Positions 12,751 to 26,700 of a DNA stretch of 64,000 nt are shown here, one piece after another. The stretch is from Hydrolagus affinis (taxonomy: Eukaryota), in assembly GCA_012026655.1 (NCBI GenBank), contig JAAILG010000889.1:1-64000 (forward strand), written 5' to 3'. The notes below the pieces were generated by a model. The model saw only the letters and a program-made list of their open reading frames with translations, did not search any database and was not told the origin of the DNA. Numbering within the stretch: position 1 is the first letter of the stretch; every line of letters starts with the position of its first letter. Made by a program: the position numbers and the translations under genes.

Positions 12751-14149
12751 GCGAATATATGAAGAGACTCCAGACAGATTTTTGTATAATTCTTTAATTT
12801 TGTCTTTCTACCTTTGCTCTGCTGTCAGTTTGAGTCTGGATGTTGCCAGGTGAAGATTCTTTCATGCAAATGTTCGGAGTGTCAGTGTTTTCACGACGTG
12901 ACTTGAACAGTACCTTACTAACAATGCCAAACAAATCTCAATAATATGAATGTACACTTTCCAAAAGCAACAGTCGCAGCCAAAATCAATTATTCAATCA
13001 AAACTTACATTTATATAGCGCCTTTCATGTCGAGAGGACGTCCCAAGGCGCTGTACAGTTAGGTAGGGACAAGAGCAGGGGAGGAGGAGTCAGGGCAGGA
13101 CGAAGAAGAGTAGGAAAATTGACTATATTTGTAGGCATATATGTCATTATGTCAAAATGTCCTATTACCACAGCTAAATTATGCTAAATTTTGTATTTAG
13201 TTTGAAACTTTCAGATATCCTTGCTGAGTGTTAAAGTATGTACTTTAACACCGACTTTTTAAAAAAAATCAGCTAAAACTGTTCACGCCATGGTGCAATT
13301 GCTTTTCAACAAATATTGAATCTTATCAAAGTCATGTGGCAACTAACTAGTACAAATTAATATGCTCCCAGAACAGTATTAGCTCAAGATAAAACTAGTT
13401 TTTAGGAGGTTTTTTTCTTCTCAAATGCGTGCTTTAGATGTGGGAGGGTAGGACAACAGAACAATGGCTGTGCATGTAAAACGGAAAATAGTGTTAGTAT
13501 CCACTGAAAAGTTACTATTTTATAAAGTAAATTGGCTGAAGAGACCCATGTTCAATCAACTGAGCAGGACATGAAATTATTGCATATGGCAACTATTTGT
13601 TAATTGTTAATTTGGTGTGATTTCAGTAGTTCAGTATGTACAATGTACATACTCCAAAAAAGCTTTTTTTCCCTGAATGGTAATAAGTACACTAGGTTTA
13701 TAATTGCAAATAGCAATCTAATCTTTATTTGCACCCTCCTATTTCTTTTGGTTACCGGATTTCTATTTGTAACTGGAAGTGGGTGTACGAGTTTGAGGTC
13801 AAGGACAATTACAAGTGATAGCCTGTAGATAGCTTTAGCTGGGTAAACTGTACTTACCATAATTCCACAAGAACCATATGCTTCAGCAGCACAACTTGCT
13901 GGAATTGCCTTCAGGTTCATCAGCTCTTATATTTGATTTGACACAACATCTTCGGCAGTGGATTACAATTTGCGTACAATTTGTTGAAAAATAAGTGGTT
14001 CTGATCCAAAGCATCATTACATCTTAATGCCCAACAGAAAAATTAAGCCCAAACATTCTTGCTAATTTGCCTTTCACCTGTTTAAGGTACTAATTTTTGA
14101 GCATGGTTGCTTATGTGCTGCAAACTTGTGGTCATTATTGCCCACAAGC

Positions 14150-14400
14150 CAGGATAGCGAATTGCGGTAGGCTTGTTCTGCTGTGTTGAGCATCACAGCT
14201 GAATCTAATCCGTCCACTCATAATTCTCTTTTCCCCTCCATTTCTCTGTCCTAGCTCGCGGGTACTGAGGCCAATTGTAATTTCTCAGCCAATTTGGCTG
14301 AGGCTAGCTGGATCAGCAGAGATGCAGGATTGAACTAGGGACTCTCCTGGTTCATATAACGTTCATATTGGATAGTGGTTTTACTGGTCTAGCCAGTGAG
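14150..14400 (-). mobile_element. Old tRNA-derived SINE-like repeat, family C (related pieces at about 4490-4640 - and 5325-5545 +)
   Basis: Mutually similar degenerate blocks (GCTGAGTTAGCTGA; CATGTGTGAGGCTAGAC versus GACTTGCATGTGAAGAA). Confidence 0.4.
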
Positions 14401-15538
14401 TGACTTTGCATATTTTAAATCTACCACAAACTTGAAACAAGGGTGTCATTTGTCTCATGAATTTTGATGCTTATTCAGTTAAATTTACCTTTTCCTCTCC
14501 TATATGCCTGTATAACGGATACAATAAGATTTTTTTTTAAAAATTGCATTCTGTACTTTTGGTAGTATATAATGTCTTGCTGGGCAAAACTATACCCATC
14601 TTTATCAGGAGTGGCTTGGTTTGATTCCATACTGTGAGTGTAGATTCCAAAGATCATGGTATTGTATCAACTGAAAGATTTTCAAAAATTAAGGCCTCAC
14701 AATCATGCTTTACAGTCGACTGGACATCAATTAACTGATCAACTAATTTTGCTCATCCTCAGGTTCTGTGGTTGTATTTTATTTCATCAGTGGATACATC
14801 TCATATTTTGGAGTTAATAAGAATATATGACTCAGCATTTACATGAGGTGTGACCAGCCAATATCAGTGGCTGTATGTATTGTGTGAAAGTATATTGTGT
14901 AACTTTCCTCTATGGAGGTTCCTCCCACAGTGTAGTGTCTGTGATCGATGACTTTAAGGTTAAACATTTATACACTAAGTTTGTGGAACAGTGTGTTGGA
15001 GTACTGTTTATAAAATTATACTTATGACACACGAGAACATAGTATGGGATTCAATATCACAATCCATGATTTATATGTTTTTTGAAGATTTCATGCATAT
15101 TTCTTGTACTGTGTTCAGTGCCTAGGGATATCCTCTCGAATTGAGAGACGCTATATAAGTGCAATTTGTTGTTGTTAGTTCCTTTTATTGCAAAGTATAC
15201 ATCACAGAGAGAATACACAGGATTCTATGGTTTCAAAAATGAACAGAATTCCATGGAATACTAAATTGATTCAAGAGTTAATTTCAGCTAAACATTGTGA
15301 ATTAAACATTTCGGGGTGAATTTCAAATATGTGATTGTGCAGAATAGGAATAATATTTCAGGTCACAACTCATTGTTTCAGGAGTACTTATTCATTGTTT
15401 TTCCATTGTGTCCACTTATCCATTTATGAATTGCTTTCTTTTTTAAGTACCGGTACCTAAAACTACAGTTTTGAGAAACCAAGTCAAAAGTGAGGAGTGG
15501 CTGCGCTGTAATTTTAAGTCTTTTTAATTTTTTTTCAG

Positions 15539-15683
15539 GTTGAATCGTTTATCTTGGACCAGGAAGATCCTATGATCAAAACAGCTTCTGAGTTATTGTT
15601 ATCAAGTGCCGCAGATGGAACAGATCTACGAACTGTAGACCCAGAAACGCAAGCAAGACTGGAAGCCTTACTTGAAGCAGCAG
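15539..15683 (+). CDS. ANKHD1: ANKHD1 exon 2 (VESFILDQED...ALLEAAG)
   Basis: Acceptor tttttcag|GTT, donor G|gtattc, 145 nt. Confidence 0.95.
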
Positions 15684-15738
15684 GTATTCTGTTCCGTGTG
15701 TTTGTAATTTCTACTTTAGGGTTTTATTATAGAGTTGA

Positions 15739-15782
15739 TCATTTAATTTGAGTATGAATTTCATTTAATTTGAGTATGAATT
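15739..15782. repeat. Perfect 22-bp tandem duplication
   Basis: TCATTTAATTTGAGTATGAATT occurs twice. Confidence 0.9.
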
Positions 15783-17044
15783 TCCAACCCCTCCTCCACA
15801 AATACATAATACTTGTACTGGTTACAGATCACAGCCAACCTGCTTCAATTGGTGGAATTGGTGTTTTGTGAACTGGCTACAGTCAATGTCATTGGTCCAT
15901 ATAAAATATCCAGAAAACAGCAATTATTTATAAAAGGAATCTTAAACCTGATGTTATGCATCCATGTGAAGTTTAGGCTCCTCACATAAATTGTGGTGGC
16001 TGAGAGGATGAGAGAAATTCAGGGAAACGTTATCTTACTGAATACAGTCCAATATTGTTCTTTACAACAAAGAACCCAATTTTATAATTCTAAATGGATA
16101 AATGGTGGAGTGGTGGTGGGGAGTGAGAAACAAACTATCTTGAAACTCAATGGCTTCAAAGTTTAGCACGCTATATCCTTGCTACATTCAAGGCTGTGGT
16201 TATTTTCTGCTGTTGCAGCATAGTTCAATAGCCACAGTGAATTGGTGTATTGGTTTCATGCACCGCACAAGTTGAAATACAATTTATTAATTTCTTCCAT
16301 ATTATAACTGCAGTTTTGTGTCCCAACTCAGTGACAAGTTGTGCAAATCCAGCCCATATTTTATGTATGTACTTTAGTATTGACCCGCAGGTTTGGAGCA
16401 CTTTAACATGCACTCCAGCGAGGGTCAGCAGAAATCTGAGTCAGCTGGTATTTTCAGTTGAGTACACTTCCCTGGTTGACTTACTATATATTCATCTGCT
16501 AAAGGCAGTGATCCAATTCAAGGACTACATAATCCTGCAATTGATCTTTTCCAGTTAGCGTTAACTGCCATTAATGATTACACAACCTCATGATATCACA
16601 AAACTTCCTGTAGTGCAATTTGTGTACACACTTAAAATATGTATGGAGATCAAATAATGCCATAGTTTTTTGTTTCACAGAATGTGGTCAAATATGGAAC
16701 ACCAGTTTTGCAGCACTTCATGTGATCTTTAAATGGTTAAAGATCTTGAAATGGATCTTGTGTGATCCTCCAGAATAAAATGTGGCTAAGATATAGCTGC
16801 AGATTTAGTATGGTTGAACAGTGGTTTTGATGATCCAATAATATCCAAATGAGGAAAGGCTTATCTCATGCCCACGTTTATCCACATCTTGCAAATCATG
16901 TTGGTGAAGGAGCTGACAGTGGTACTGCAACTTGAAGCAAATAATCTTCTCAGACTTGTTTGAATTGGTACTTGTTAGATTCAATTTCTTACTGGCTATT
17001 GTCGCAGTTGGAACTGTAATTGGAACTTCCACTTGATGGGGTGA

Positions 17045-17570
17045 ACATCAACAACAAGTTATACTTGTATAGCTCCATTCAATGTCCAGCCTTGGGACAT
17101 TCTCCTGACATGAAATGCACTATACAAATGTAATGTTGTTGATGTCAGAAAGACATTCAGGGGTTTTGGTCTCGAGCTGGGAGTTGGGGTCAAAAGGAGA
17201 GGAGGGCAAGTGGGGATGGAAAGGTGACCAAAGACACAATCAAAGAGGAAGGTCTTACGATGGGTGTGGTGGAGGGATTGCAGAATACAATTCCAGAATG
17301 TGGGGGCCCAGACAATCAATGCTCGACTGCCAATCTCTAAACCAATGAAGCTGGGCAAGAACAGTGGTGATAGGTTCCTGGAGCCTGATGCAGGAGAGGA
17401 CACAAGTATTTTGAATAATCTGCAGCTTGTGGAGTGTAGAGTTGGGAAGTCCAGTGAGCAGGCAGTTGGTGAAGTCAAGCCAGGCTGTAATGAAAGTGTG
17501 GATCAGGGTCTCGGTGGCCTGTGGTTAGAGGCAGCGGCGGAAGACGGGCAGTGTTGTGGAGGTGTGGAAA
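17045..17570 (-). mobile_element. L2 LINE 3' fragment with a nested opposite-strand tail
   Basis: Degenerate homology to the 20520 copy. Confidence 0.7.
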
Positions 17571-17839
17571 GGTTTAAAGAATTAGCTTAATCATTCAAAG
17601 GTTTATACCTTTGGTATTGGTTGACTTGCTGGTATCCAGGAAACCCTCTACGAATAAAGTGCAACGGGCAAAATATTTGTCTGCTGTTAGGATGTAAATT
17701 CCACCCTATGTGATGTATTTTTGTTAATTGTTCAGGATTCGTTGCTTTTGTTGGTAATATGGGTTTCATATTGAGAGTCATTGCAGTGTATTCTGCTTTG
17801 GGTGAAAAGTCTTATTTGGGCATGTATCTCTTATAACAA

Positions 17840-19120
17840 GAACAACAAAATTAGATTTATAGAGTGAACAGTCTGGGATCAGGACCCAAGCATTGGGGAG
17901 GTGTGAGGGGAGGGGAGGCAGTGAGATGGGAGGGCAGCTGAAAGTAAGCTCAAAAAGGAAGGTCTTGAGACTGGCCTTGAAGGAGGTAAGCGAGGAAGCG
18001 AGTTGGTGGGATTGAGTTCCAGCATGTGGGGGCAGAGAAGCTGAAAGCCAAGCTACCGATGGTAGGACAGGTCGGGCGGGAAACATGGAGCAACCAGAAT
18101 TGGAGCAGAATGGAGGGTGTGGGCAGGTTGGTAGATAGTTGAGAAGTAGGAGGGGGCCATGGGTGGCCTTTAATTAATTCTATCCTGTAGAGGATGGGGA
18201 GCCAATGGAGCCTGGCGAGGGTGGAGTCGCGGAGCTTGGTGCGGGAGAGGACACGAGTGCAGTTTTGGATGATCTGCAGCTTGTGAATGGAAGAGTTGGG
18301 AAGGCTGATGAGGGCGATTTCCGTAGTCAAACTTTGATGTGACGAATGCTTGGGTGATGGCTTCGGCAGCCTGAGGAGTGAAGCAGTGGTGAAAGTCTGG
18401 CAATATTGCGAGGTGGTGGAAGGCAGTTCTGGGTGTTGCGCAGATTGGGGAAGAAAGGACAGTTCAGAGTCAAACAAGGCACCCAGGTTCCTGACTGGAT
18501 TCGTGAGTGGAGTGTGCAGCCTTGGTGCTGAGGCGCTGACACGAGCCAATCAGGGAGGCCTCGTTCTTGCTGACATTGCGCTGAAGAAAGTTGTCCCTTG
18601 CCCAGGACTTGATGTTAGACAGGCAGTCTGTCAGGATGCCAATAGTCCCATAGTTGAGGGTGGAGGCAGAGAGGTAGAACTGGATGTTATCTGCGTACAT
18701 ATAGAAATTTACCCCATGTCTGCGGATGATGTCACCGAGGGGGAGCACGTAGGAGGTGAAGTCAGAGCCCTGAGGAATGCCAGACGAGATGGTGCGGGGG
18801 GCTGGAAGAAAAGCTGTTGGCAGAGATGAAGTGGAGACGATTTGAAAGATAGGACCTGAACCAATCAAGGACAGAATCTTAAAGAAAACACAAAATACTA
18901 CAGATGCTGGGAATCTGAAACAAAAACAAAAGTTGCTGGGGAAACTCAGCAGGTCAAACAGCATCCATGGAGAAAGGAAAAAGAGTCAACGTTTCGGGTG
19001 TACAACCGTTCGTCGGGATTGAGATGGGAGGAGAGGTGGTGGAGGATTGAATGGTATATGGTGATAAAAGTGGCAGAGAGGTTGAGGAGGATGAGGAGAC
19101 AGGAAGCCCTGGTCACAGGT
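17840..19120 (-). mobile_element. L2-clade LINE 3' fragment with degenerate RT, interrupted by a Penelope-like insert
   Basis: Minus-frame remnants GIPQGS, YMYADNIQFYLS, RNLGALFDSELSF, RNIARL..AFVTSKFDYGN, LHWLPI. Frameshifted. Confidence 0.88.
18880..19018 (-). mobile_element. Penelope-like terminal-repeat fragment nested in L2
   Basis: GCTGGGGAAACTCAGCAGGTCAAACAGCATCCATGGAG..CGTTTCGGGTGTACAACCGTTCGTC. The family also occurs at 26578 and 40150. Assignment to Penelope-like elements is inference. Confidence 0.55.
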
Positions 19121-19275
19121 GGTCTTATGTACTTCGGTTTATGAAAAGTGCTTTGAATAGTTTGTTCATTATCTTCTGAAACCTACTACTTATTCATTGA
19201 ATCATTAGTCTTGCGTAATCTGAAATACTTTACTAGGAAAACAATTGCTCTTAGCTTGTAGTGTAAGTGCTGTGG

Positions 19276-19595
19276 AGCTCCTGTGGCTTAGTGGTTAGAG
19301 CACTTGTCTTGCAAGCTGGGGAGACATGTGTTCGAATCCAGGCAGGTCAGGGCGAAACCTTGGGCAAATTTCCTTACTCCACACGCCTAATAATAATCCG
19401 TCCAAAAAAAACACAATAATAAAATTGGTAATTTCAATCCACGACCGGTTTGTGGGTCACTGCTGTGTGCAATTGGCTGCCGCGATTCACCCACAAATAT
19501 ACAGTCAATTCACTTTACAGTATATTCTATGAAGCGCTTTGGGACGTCGATAAGATGTGAAAAGCGCTATACCAAATGCAAGGATTTTATTATTA
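19276..19595 (+). mobile_element. Near full-length tRNA-headed SINE (family A: Deu-like core, L2-like tail)
   Basis: A box TGGCTTAGTGG, B box GTTCGAATCC, core TTTGTGGG..CTGCTGTGTGCAATTGGCTGCCGCG, tail GCGCTATACCAAATGCAAGG(ATT)n. Confidence 0.85.
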
Positions 19596-20519
19596 AGTCA
19601 GGTTCATGCTAAGAACTTCCTCACCTGAATGCCAAATACAAGGTGGTTCTAAGTACATAGTTGAAGTTTTCCCCAACATTTTTCTAAAATGTCCATCTTG
19701 GGTAATCCTCAGGAAAGGAACTGTCATTTTGTTGGATATGAGAATGAAAGCTATCTGCTAGTGCAGAGAGTTATATTTTGTAACTGGATCATCAAATGTT
19801 TCAACCGAACAACTTGAATGAAAAATATACCTTTCTGTCACGGCCAAGTCTAAATATCTATGGCTGATTACTTTAGGAGGTTATCAGCATTACAGGAGCA
19901 AAGGATTGCTGAAAAAAATTATATCCTTGCTTCAGTGTTTCCAGTGATCGACTGGGTTAAAGACCTTGGATGGGTTCTTTGTGCATTTCTAGCAATGGAT
20001 ATTGGTGAATACAATGTTTCATCCTTTGGACAATTTCCCTTAATTTAGTGTGTTTTTCCATACCTAAAAAGAACGCCGAGGACATAAAGATCTAATTAGT
20101 TTACAATGTAATATCCATTTTTAATATGGTTGATGGCCGAGCTGGTTGTGAATTAAAAGAATGTCTCAAATGATGTACCATTTCATATTCCGCTGTTATT
20201 TAAAAGAAAGAAGGAACTGATCTTTTTTATAACTACCGTTTCATGTTGCAATGTCTCTCAATACAATAGAAGCTGTCTAGGGCAATGATTGGATTTGTAG
20301 GTCAGTGATTGTTTTTGTTAGGTAACCGCGGCTGCCATTTTGAGCACAAGAAAGCCACGTAAACAGCTGGGAGGTGAATGATCAATCAGTCTGAAGCATT
20401 GTTGGTCGGGACAGAAAGGCAAACTTTAAAGTTTCCATCATTTTGAGATCTTCCATGTCCACCTGAAGAATAGGCAGCCAGGTCTTAAATTGCCTCATCC
20501 ATAAATTAGTTTCTAAAAT

Positions 20520-21200
20520 AAAACAACAAAAAACATTACATTTGTATAGCGCTTTTCACGTCAGGGGGATGTCCCAAGACACAGGACAGTTATTATTTCA
20601 GACCTGAGCTGGGGACAAGGAGCATGGAGGGAAAGGGGGGGATTTGGAGTGACCGATGGGACTGTCGAAAAGGAGGGTCTTGAGGTGGGATTTGAAGGAG
20701 GCCAGGGAGGGGACGAGGTGGAGGGACTGCAGGATAGAGTTCCAAAGGTTGGGGGCAGAGTGGCTAAAGGCTTGCCTGCCAATGGTGGGACGGGTGGGTT
20801 GGGTGACGTGGAACAGGCTGGAGCCTGCTGAGAGGAGGGGGCGGGCAGGTTAGTAGAGGTTTAGGAGGTTGCATATGTAAGGTGGGGTGAGGCCAAGGAG
20901 GGCTTTGAATGTAAGGACCAGGATCTTGAATTGGATCCTCTGGGATGATGGGGAGCCAATGGAGTTGCACGAGGATGGGGGAGATGGGTCACAAAGCTTG
21001 GAGTGGTAGAGGATACAGGCTGCAGAGTTCTGGATTATCTGCAACCTGTGGAGGGAGGAATTGGGAAGACCGACAAGCAGGGCGTTTGCGTAGTTAAGCT
21101 GGGATGTAATGAAGGCATGAATGGGGGTTTCAGTGGCCTTGGGGGTAAGGTAGTGGCGAAGTTGGGCAATATTGCGGAGGTGAGGGAAGGCAGAGCGAGT
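20520..21200 (-). mobile_element. L2 LINE 3' fragment
   Basis: HLRNIAQLRHYL..HAFITSQLNYANALLVGLP..RIQFKILVLTFKAL, plus a (TTG)n-like tail. Confidence 0.88.
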
Positions 21201-24200
21201 CATCTGTTCACCAAAACCTACAGGGCAGTTGAACACATGCAGAATGAAGGAGGTGTGAAAGGTGGACAGTAGATTTTCTCTTTTGAAAATTAATATAAAC
21301 TGTGGAAGTCTATTGCATAATGATAATGGGGGTATCTATTGCCAAGTTAAAGCTTTGTATGGTCTATTGTTACACTTGTCCTCCATTTTAATTAAACAAC
21401 TCCACTTATTAAACAACTCTATATAGTATTGTTGATGATTACACTCTACATACTTCAGATTCTTGAGATCACCAGCGCTCAGTGCATATAGCCTTTATTC
21501 TTATTGTCCCACAATGCTGAATCACTGAAATTAGATCTCACCTGTGCCCTTTTGGACAGCCAAAATCTGGCTCTTTCAATCCTTTAAATTTGCTTTTTCT
21601 TCATATAATTTGCAAGCAACAAGTTGCACCTACCTTTGATTGTCTAATTCTTAATCCCACTTATGTTTCTCCCATTGCCATTGAATATTGTTTAACAAAG
21701 TTTATATTTGTGGTGAGACTTCATTTTCCCCCCCCTCAACTTCATACACTGAAATAGCCACACTTTTTTTCTCAGACATAGTCTTAATCCAATGTGTGGG
21801 GTTGGCTGACCTCAGATTTGCTACAATTGATCTAAATTCTTCTGAATTTGGGGAGAAATGTACCTGGGCTTTATGTCCCGCTGATTATCTGCTGATCATT
21901 ACTGTAAATTTTATTGACATCTGAGGACGGGATCTGATTGTGTTGGATTTGTGAGAGCCGCACTGCAAACCCTACAAAGAATACTTAAATGGTTAAATAT
22001 TAGAATATAATGGCATTTTTGAGGAGGTAAATAAAATAATAGATCACGTTGAGGCAAAGGATAAACTTGATTTTCCTTTTAAAAGCCTTCAAGTCATAAT
22101 TTTGGAGACTAATCGGTTACCTTCCCTAGGTAATTTTGATGAATGGAAAAGACTTGTGTGTGGGTAAGCAGAGAGGGGATGCTAGCTGTTGGTATTGTTC
22201 ACAACTTATGTTTCTCAGGCTACTCTTTGTAACATAAAATGATGATTGAACATGCCAAAGTATGTCTCTCTGTGAGCAGTGTAAACGAGGTTATCTATCA
22301 CTCAAAAGAATATTCCTGAAATGGAAAGAAGCAGAGCTTCTTAACACTTGTGTGTTCAGCATATTGTCTGGATAGTATTGCAATACAGATACAAGTTGAT
22401 CAAAATGACTTGATTTTGTGTACTTTTAGTAGTAATACCCAAAGTAGAACAACAAAGTTTTTGCTCTGTTGTAATGTGAACGTTGCAACGTCCCCAATTT
22501 GTCTTTCTAGGTAAGAACCATATTCTAGGCCTTTTTTGGGGGATGGTGGTGAGGGGCGGGTGGTGGGGGGGGAGGTGGGGGGACAAATTATTTTAGTGTA
22601 TACAGATTTTCTCTGTTGCAATAATTTTAAGGTAAGGAGTTCAGGTTAAATATATGAAGTCATTCTATTTATTTTTTTCTTTTTCCTCTCCTCCTGAAGA
22701 TTCAGAATGGGAAGAGATATATGGTATGTGTACATTTATGGTCTGTTTGCCCATTGCCTTGATTTTTGTGTTTGCTGTTTGTGTGAAGATGGTGGTTTTA
22801 TAGTTTTCGGGTATTTTGCCCCAGTGCATTTTTTGTTGCATGTTTTTTTGGCATTCAAAACAGTATGGAAAATACATTTAGCATTTAAATTGAAGAAATG
22901 CGAGCAATAGTTACGAGCATGTAGTTTTGCATTGACAATGCTACATATAGTTTGAGGTAATACATCAGAGCCTGGCTTATAATATGCAAGGAAATTGCTC
23001 CATTTTTGTATTCCTCTTGCAGTTTTGAAAACATTGGGTATTGATTTCAAGAAACATCGTTATTGGAGGAACTTTTTTGATTTGATGTGACTGGAAAAGG
23101 CACCAAGACATTCCAAACATTACACACTGTTTTGGTGCAATATAGTCATGTTAACATTTATCAGATTTGATATAGAAATTGCATGTTCTATTTCTTTTGT
23201 CAATTCAACTTTACACAAAATAACCTGTCAACCTCCTTCAGACCAAACCATGCTTTCAGAAAAAAATTAGCTGCGCCTTTAAGGATTTAGTGTGTTGCAT
23301 GTTTTTCGACCCTTAATGACTTTCTAAACCCGATGGCTCGTGGACATATATTTATGTAAGCTTCTATCTAGATTGTCTTAGGTGGCTCACTTCCTAGAAA
23401 GTATATGAAAATGTAATTAAAAGTAGTAAATTAGGATGTGGGTGTCTTCATATGGGAGAATGATTTGTAGGTTAGATATTCCCCTCGTCCCAGCTTCCCC
23501 CCAAAATATTTTTGAGGGGTGAATCCTTAAACTATTTGTCTTTGGTTGATTAAAGTTCTTTGTTTGCCAATTTACTTGTTTCTTGCACAGAAACATTTTT
23601 TTTTTGCATTGTGCCACTGCTTTCCATTTTTGCAAATTGCACTTAATTTATCACCCTTTCTAGCTCCCCGTGTCCTTTAATGTTTTTGCTGCTCTTCTTC
23701 CCCTTGAGGTGCCGATTTTGTTTTACAGGGGTACATTCTACACACCAGGCACCCTCAAATAATGCATTTTTTTGTGCAATCATAGAGTGTGAACTTCATT
23801 AGGATATTCTTAAACTAGTGCATGTATTTGTAGCCACAATATGCTATTTATTAAAAGTATAGTATTGCCATCACTATAGATAGAACTTGATCATAAAGAA
23901 AACTCAGCATTGCATGTATGTTTCAAAAGCTGAATATTAGGATGACATGTTGCATTTCAAATACGTGTATCCATCATAACTATATGATAGCTATCAGAAA
24001 TAGCAGTTTCTCATATAATAGTTGCACCTCCATGTGCTTGTGGAATGTTAAAACATTTTAATAGGCCTAGATTAAATAATAGAATAATTCACCAGAAAAC
24101 TAAAATTAGCTAAATAAGTCATTCATGAAGAGATTACTATTCATTACATTATTAAAGCTCTAGAGCATTAAACTGACATAATTGTAAGATAGAAATAGTC

Positions 24201-25519
24201 CCAACAAGCTGTGAATATTACATTGTGAATCCAAGGTTTGACTTCCTTCCAGGATGCCTCAGCCTGAAATTCATTCAACTGGTTACAATTCTCCATTATC
24301 TGGTTGGCTATTGAGATTTATTTTTTGCAGACTGCTGTTTTTGATCCCAAATTGCTTTGTGGAGATTAAGCTTCAAAGCTTTGTTTGTTTACAGTTGTCC
24401 TTTCTGGGAGGTACTCTAAGGCAGGATGTTGAAATTTAATACCACATGTGATGGAGTACTGAATAATTAATGGCACTGCAGGATTGTGTTCTACATTCTC
24501 TTCCCCCTCCATGCAATAAATTTGGTATTCTATGAGTTGCCAATCAGTATTTCATTACTATCGCAGTAGTGGTGATAGTCCTACTTATTGCCCTTATCCA
24601 TTAAAAAAAATAAAATTATTGTGCAAATGGTACTTTTCGCATCCTCTACAGAGATAGAACACTCAAAAGTTTTTTTTGGAATCTTTGGTAGTTTTAACTT
24701 TAACTCAATGATTCCCAGCCACTGTAATGATCAAACTCAATCCATTTGGAAGATCAACTTCACTGTTTGGGCCACTGGTAAACTTTTCCCATTTCCTGCC
24801 TTCTGACTCACAAGATGGGAAACCCAAATAGCAAATAAACCAATTTACACCTCATAGTGGTTAATTCTACTATAGTAAAATAGTATTTGCAGTGGTCATG
24901 AGTCATGGAACTAGATTTTATCCATATGCTTGATTTAATGCAAATAAATAGTTAAGAGCTATTAATGGCTAGAAATGCATAGAAAGATTGCAAACTGATT
25001 AGATAAAATAAAATATCAATGTTAATAATCTACTCCCAATCATTCAGGATCTGTAATATCACAAAAGGCTTAGGCATAACTCTGATGGTCTGTGCTGTCT
25101 CTCCAGTACATCATTAGGGGATTGCTGCTTTCTCTTAGGTACCATCTCTTGAATGAGATACTACACCAAGATCCTGTTTGCCTATTCAGATGGATGTTAA
25201 TGCATTGACAGTGATCGGAGAGAGAAGGGAAGAAGTTTCTTCTGTTGTCCTGGCTGAAGATCCTCTAATTAAAATTGGTTATCGACTTCATGGTTGTTTG
25301 TGGAACATTGCAGGGTGCTAATTAGGTACCACAATCACCTACAAATAGTCATAAACACTTAAAAGTAATTACAGTAGAACACTTTACAATGTTTTCACTT
25401 GATAAACTAACTGCTAATGAAATGCAAGAATTATTATTATTATATATTTTTCTTTCTTAGCTACTGATTGACCTACTATGGATTTCCAGCATTTTTAGTT
25501 TTTTCAGCTACGATTATTA

Positions 25520-25722
25520 CAGTAAAAGCCCGTTTATCCGGCACTCTCGGGACCTGGCCAATGCTGGTTAAAGCACGTGCTGGATATTCGGCCGAAAACA
25601 CACCCAAAAAAATGCATTTTTCCAGATAAATTCCGGTTAATCGAATGCGGACCTTTTTTTTTGAGGTGCCGGTTATACGGAAGTTACGGAAGATCGGGTC
25701 ACGGATAAACAGGCTTTTACTG
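25520..25722. mobile_element. Tigger/pogo-like (Tc1-mariner) MITE
   Basis: TIRs CAGTAAAAGCCCGTTTATCCG / CGGATAAACAGGCTTTTACTG, flanked by TA on both sides. Confidence 0.88.
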
Positions 25723-26577
25723 TATTTGGGAAATCAGTGAAGCACAGGAAAGATTTCATGATTTCTGCAGACGAATAAATGGGTTGAATAAGATGGAGCA
25801 TTGTACAACAGACCTAATTTCCTCTTTGAGTTTTTATATAATGTGCTTATATTAAATGAGAAATGTATAATTTGTTTACATTCTTCCCATTACAAAGTTA
25901 ATTTGAAATGGATATAAAACTTGAATGGAAACTGGTTATCAAAATATTTAATACAGTACAAACTGAATAGTGTACTTTAGTTGTTAAATTCTTATGCTGG
26001 TACAAACCTACTCCAAAAGCAGGTGAAATTAGAGGATTTTCTTCAGTACAGCTGCAGTCTTCAATCTTAACCAGTGTTTCTGATCTAGATTAATGATCAA
26101 TTTTGTCTGTATGCTTAAGAAAATGCTAGAATTCCTTCTGAAACTAGAGGATATAATAAAAATAGTTGGCAGAAGTGGAAGCATCAGAATCAACTCTGCC
26201 TGTATTCTATCTTCTTGCTGTAACGTTTGTGGAGGTGAGCTTTTCTTGTAGGTAGTAGATATCAACTTTACTGGGACTTGTCTGCTATTGTGAAGCTAGT
26301 GCTTGGCATTGTCCCAACATTGTACTATTACTACTTTTGAACCAAGACTAATGGTCCCTTCGAAATGCTTAGGTTTTGCTGTATTGTCAGCTCTTGTAAT
26401 GTTCCTTGAAATGGATTACGCATACCAAGATGTCTGGGAACCTGTGCTTTACCACATTACTGTGTATCTTAACATCACCCCCATGTTCTGTGCTGAAATG
26501 CGCATTATGTAAACAACAAAACTAATGGTAATGCTAATCTGGAGATTTGTCATTCAGTTGTCAAACATCTTCTGGGC

Positions 26578-26700
26578 CGTCCTGACAAAGGGTTGTAGAC
26601 CCGAAAACGTTGACTCCGAAACGTTGTCTCTTTTTCCTTTCTCCATGGATGCTGCTTGACCTGCTGAGTTTCCCCAGCAACCTTTGTTTTTGTATCTTCT
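26578..26700 (+). mobile_element. Penelope-like terminal-repeat fragment
   Basis: Reverse complement of the 18880 element. Confidence 0.55.

Noticed and set aside
17950-18964. Overlapping minus-strand ORFs with RT-like motifs as a possible functional reverse transcriptase
   Set aside because: Frameshifted and 5'-truncated, with the catalytic YADD changed to YADN. This is a dead L2 fragment.
19276-19350. tRNA-like sequences with A/B boxes here and at 12424-12485
   Set aside because: There is no complete acceptor stem or cloverleaf, and each continues into a SINE body. These are SINE heads, not tRNA genes.
22595-22640. AAG|GTAAGG strong donor-like site in mid intron 2
   Set aside because: No convincing upstream acceptor or coding homology. 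Likely chance.
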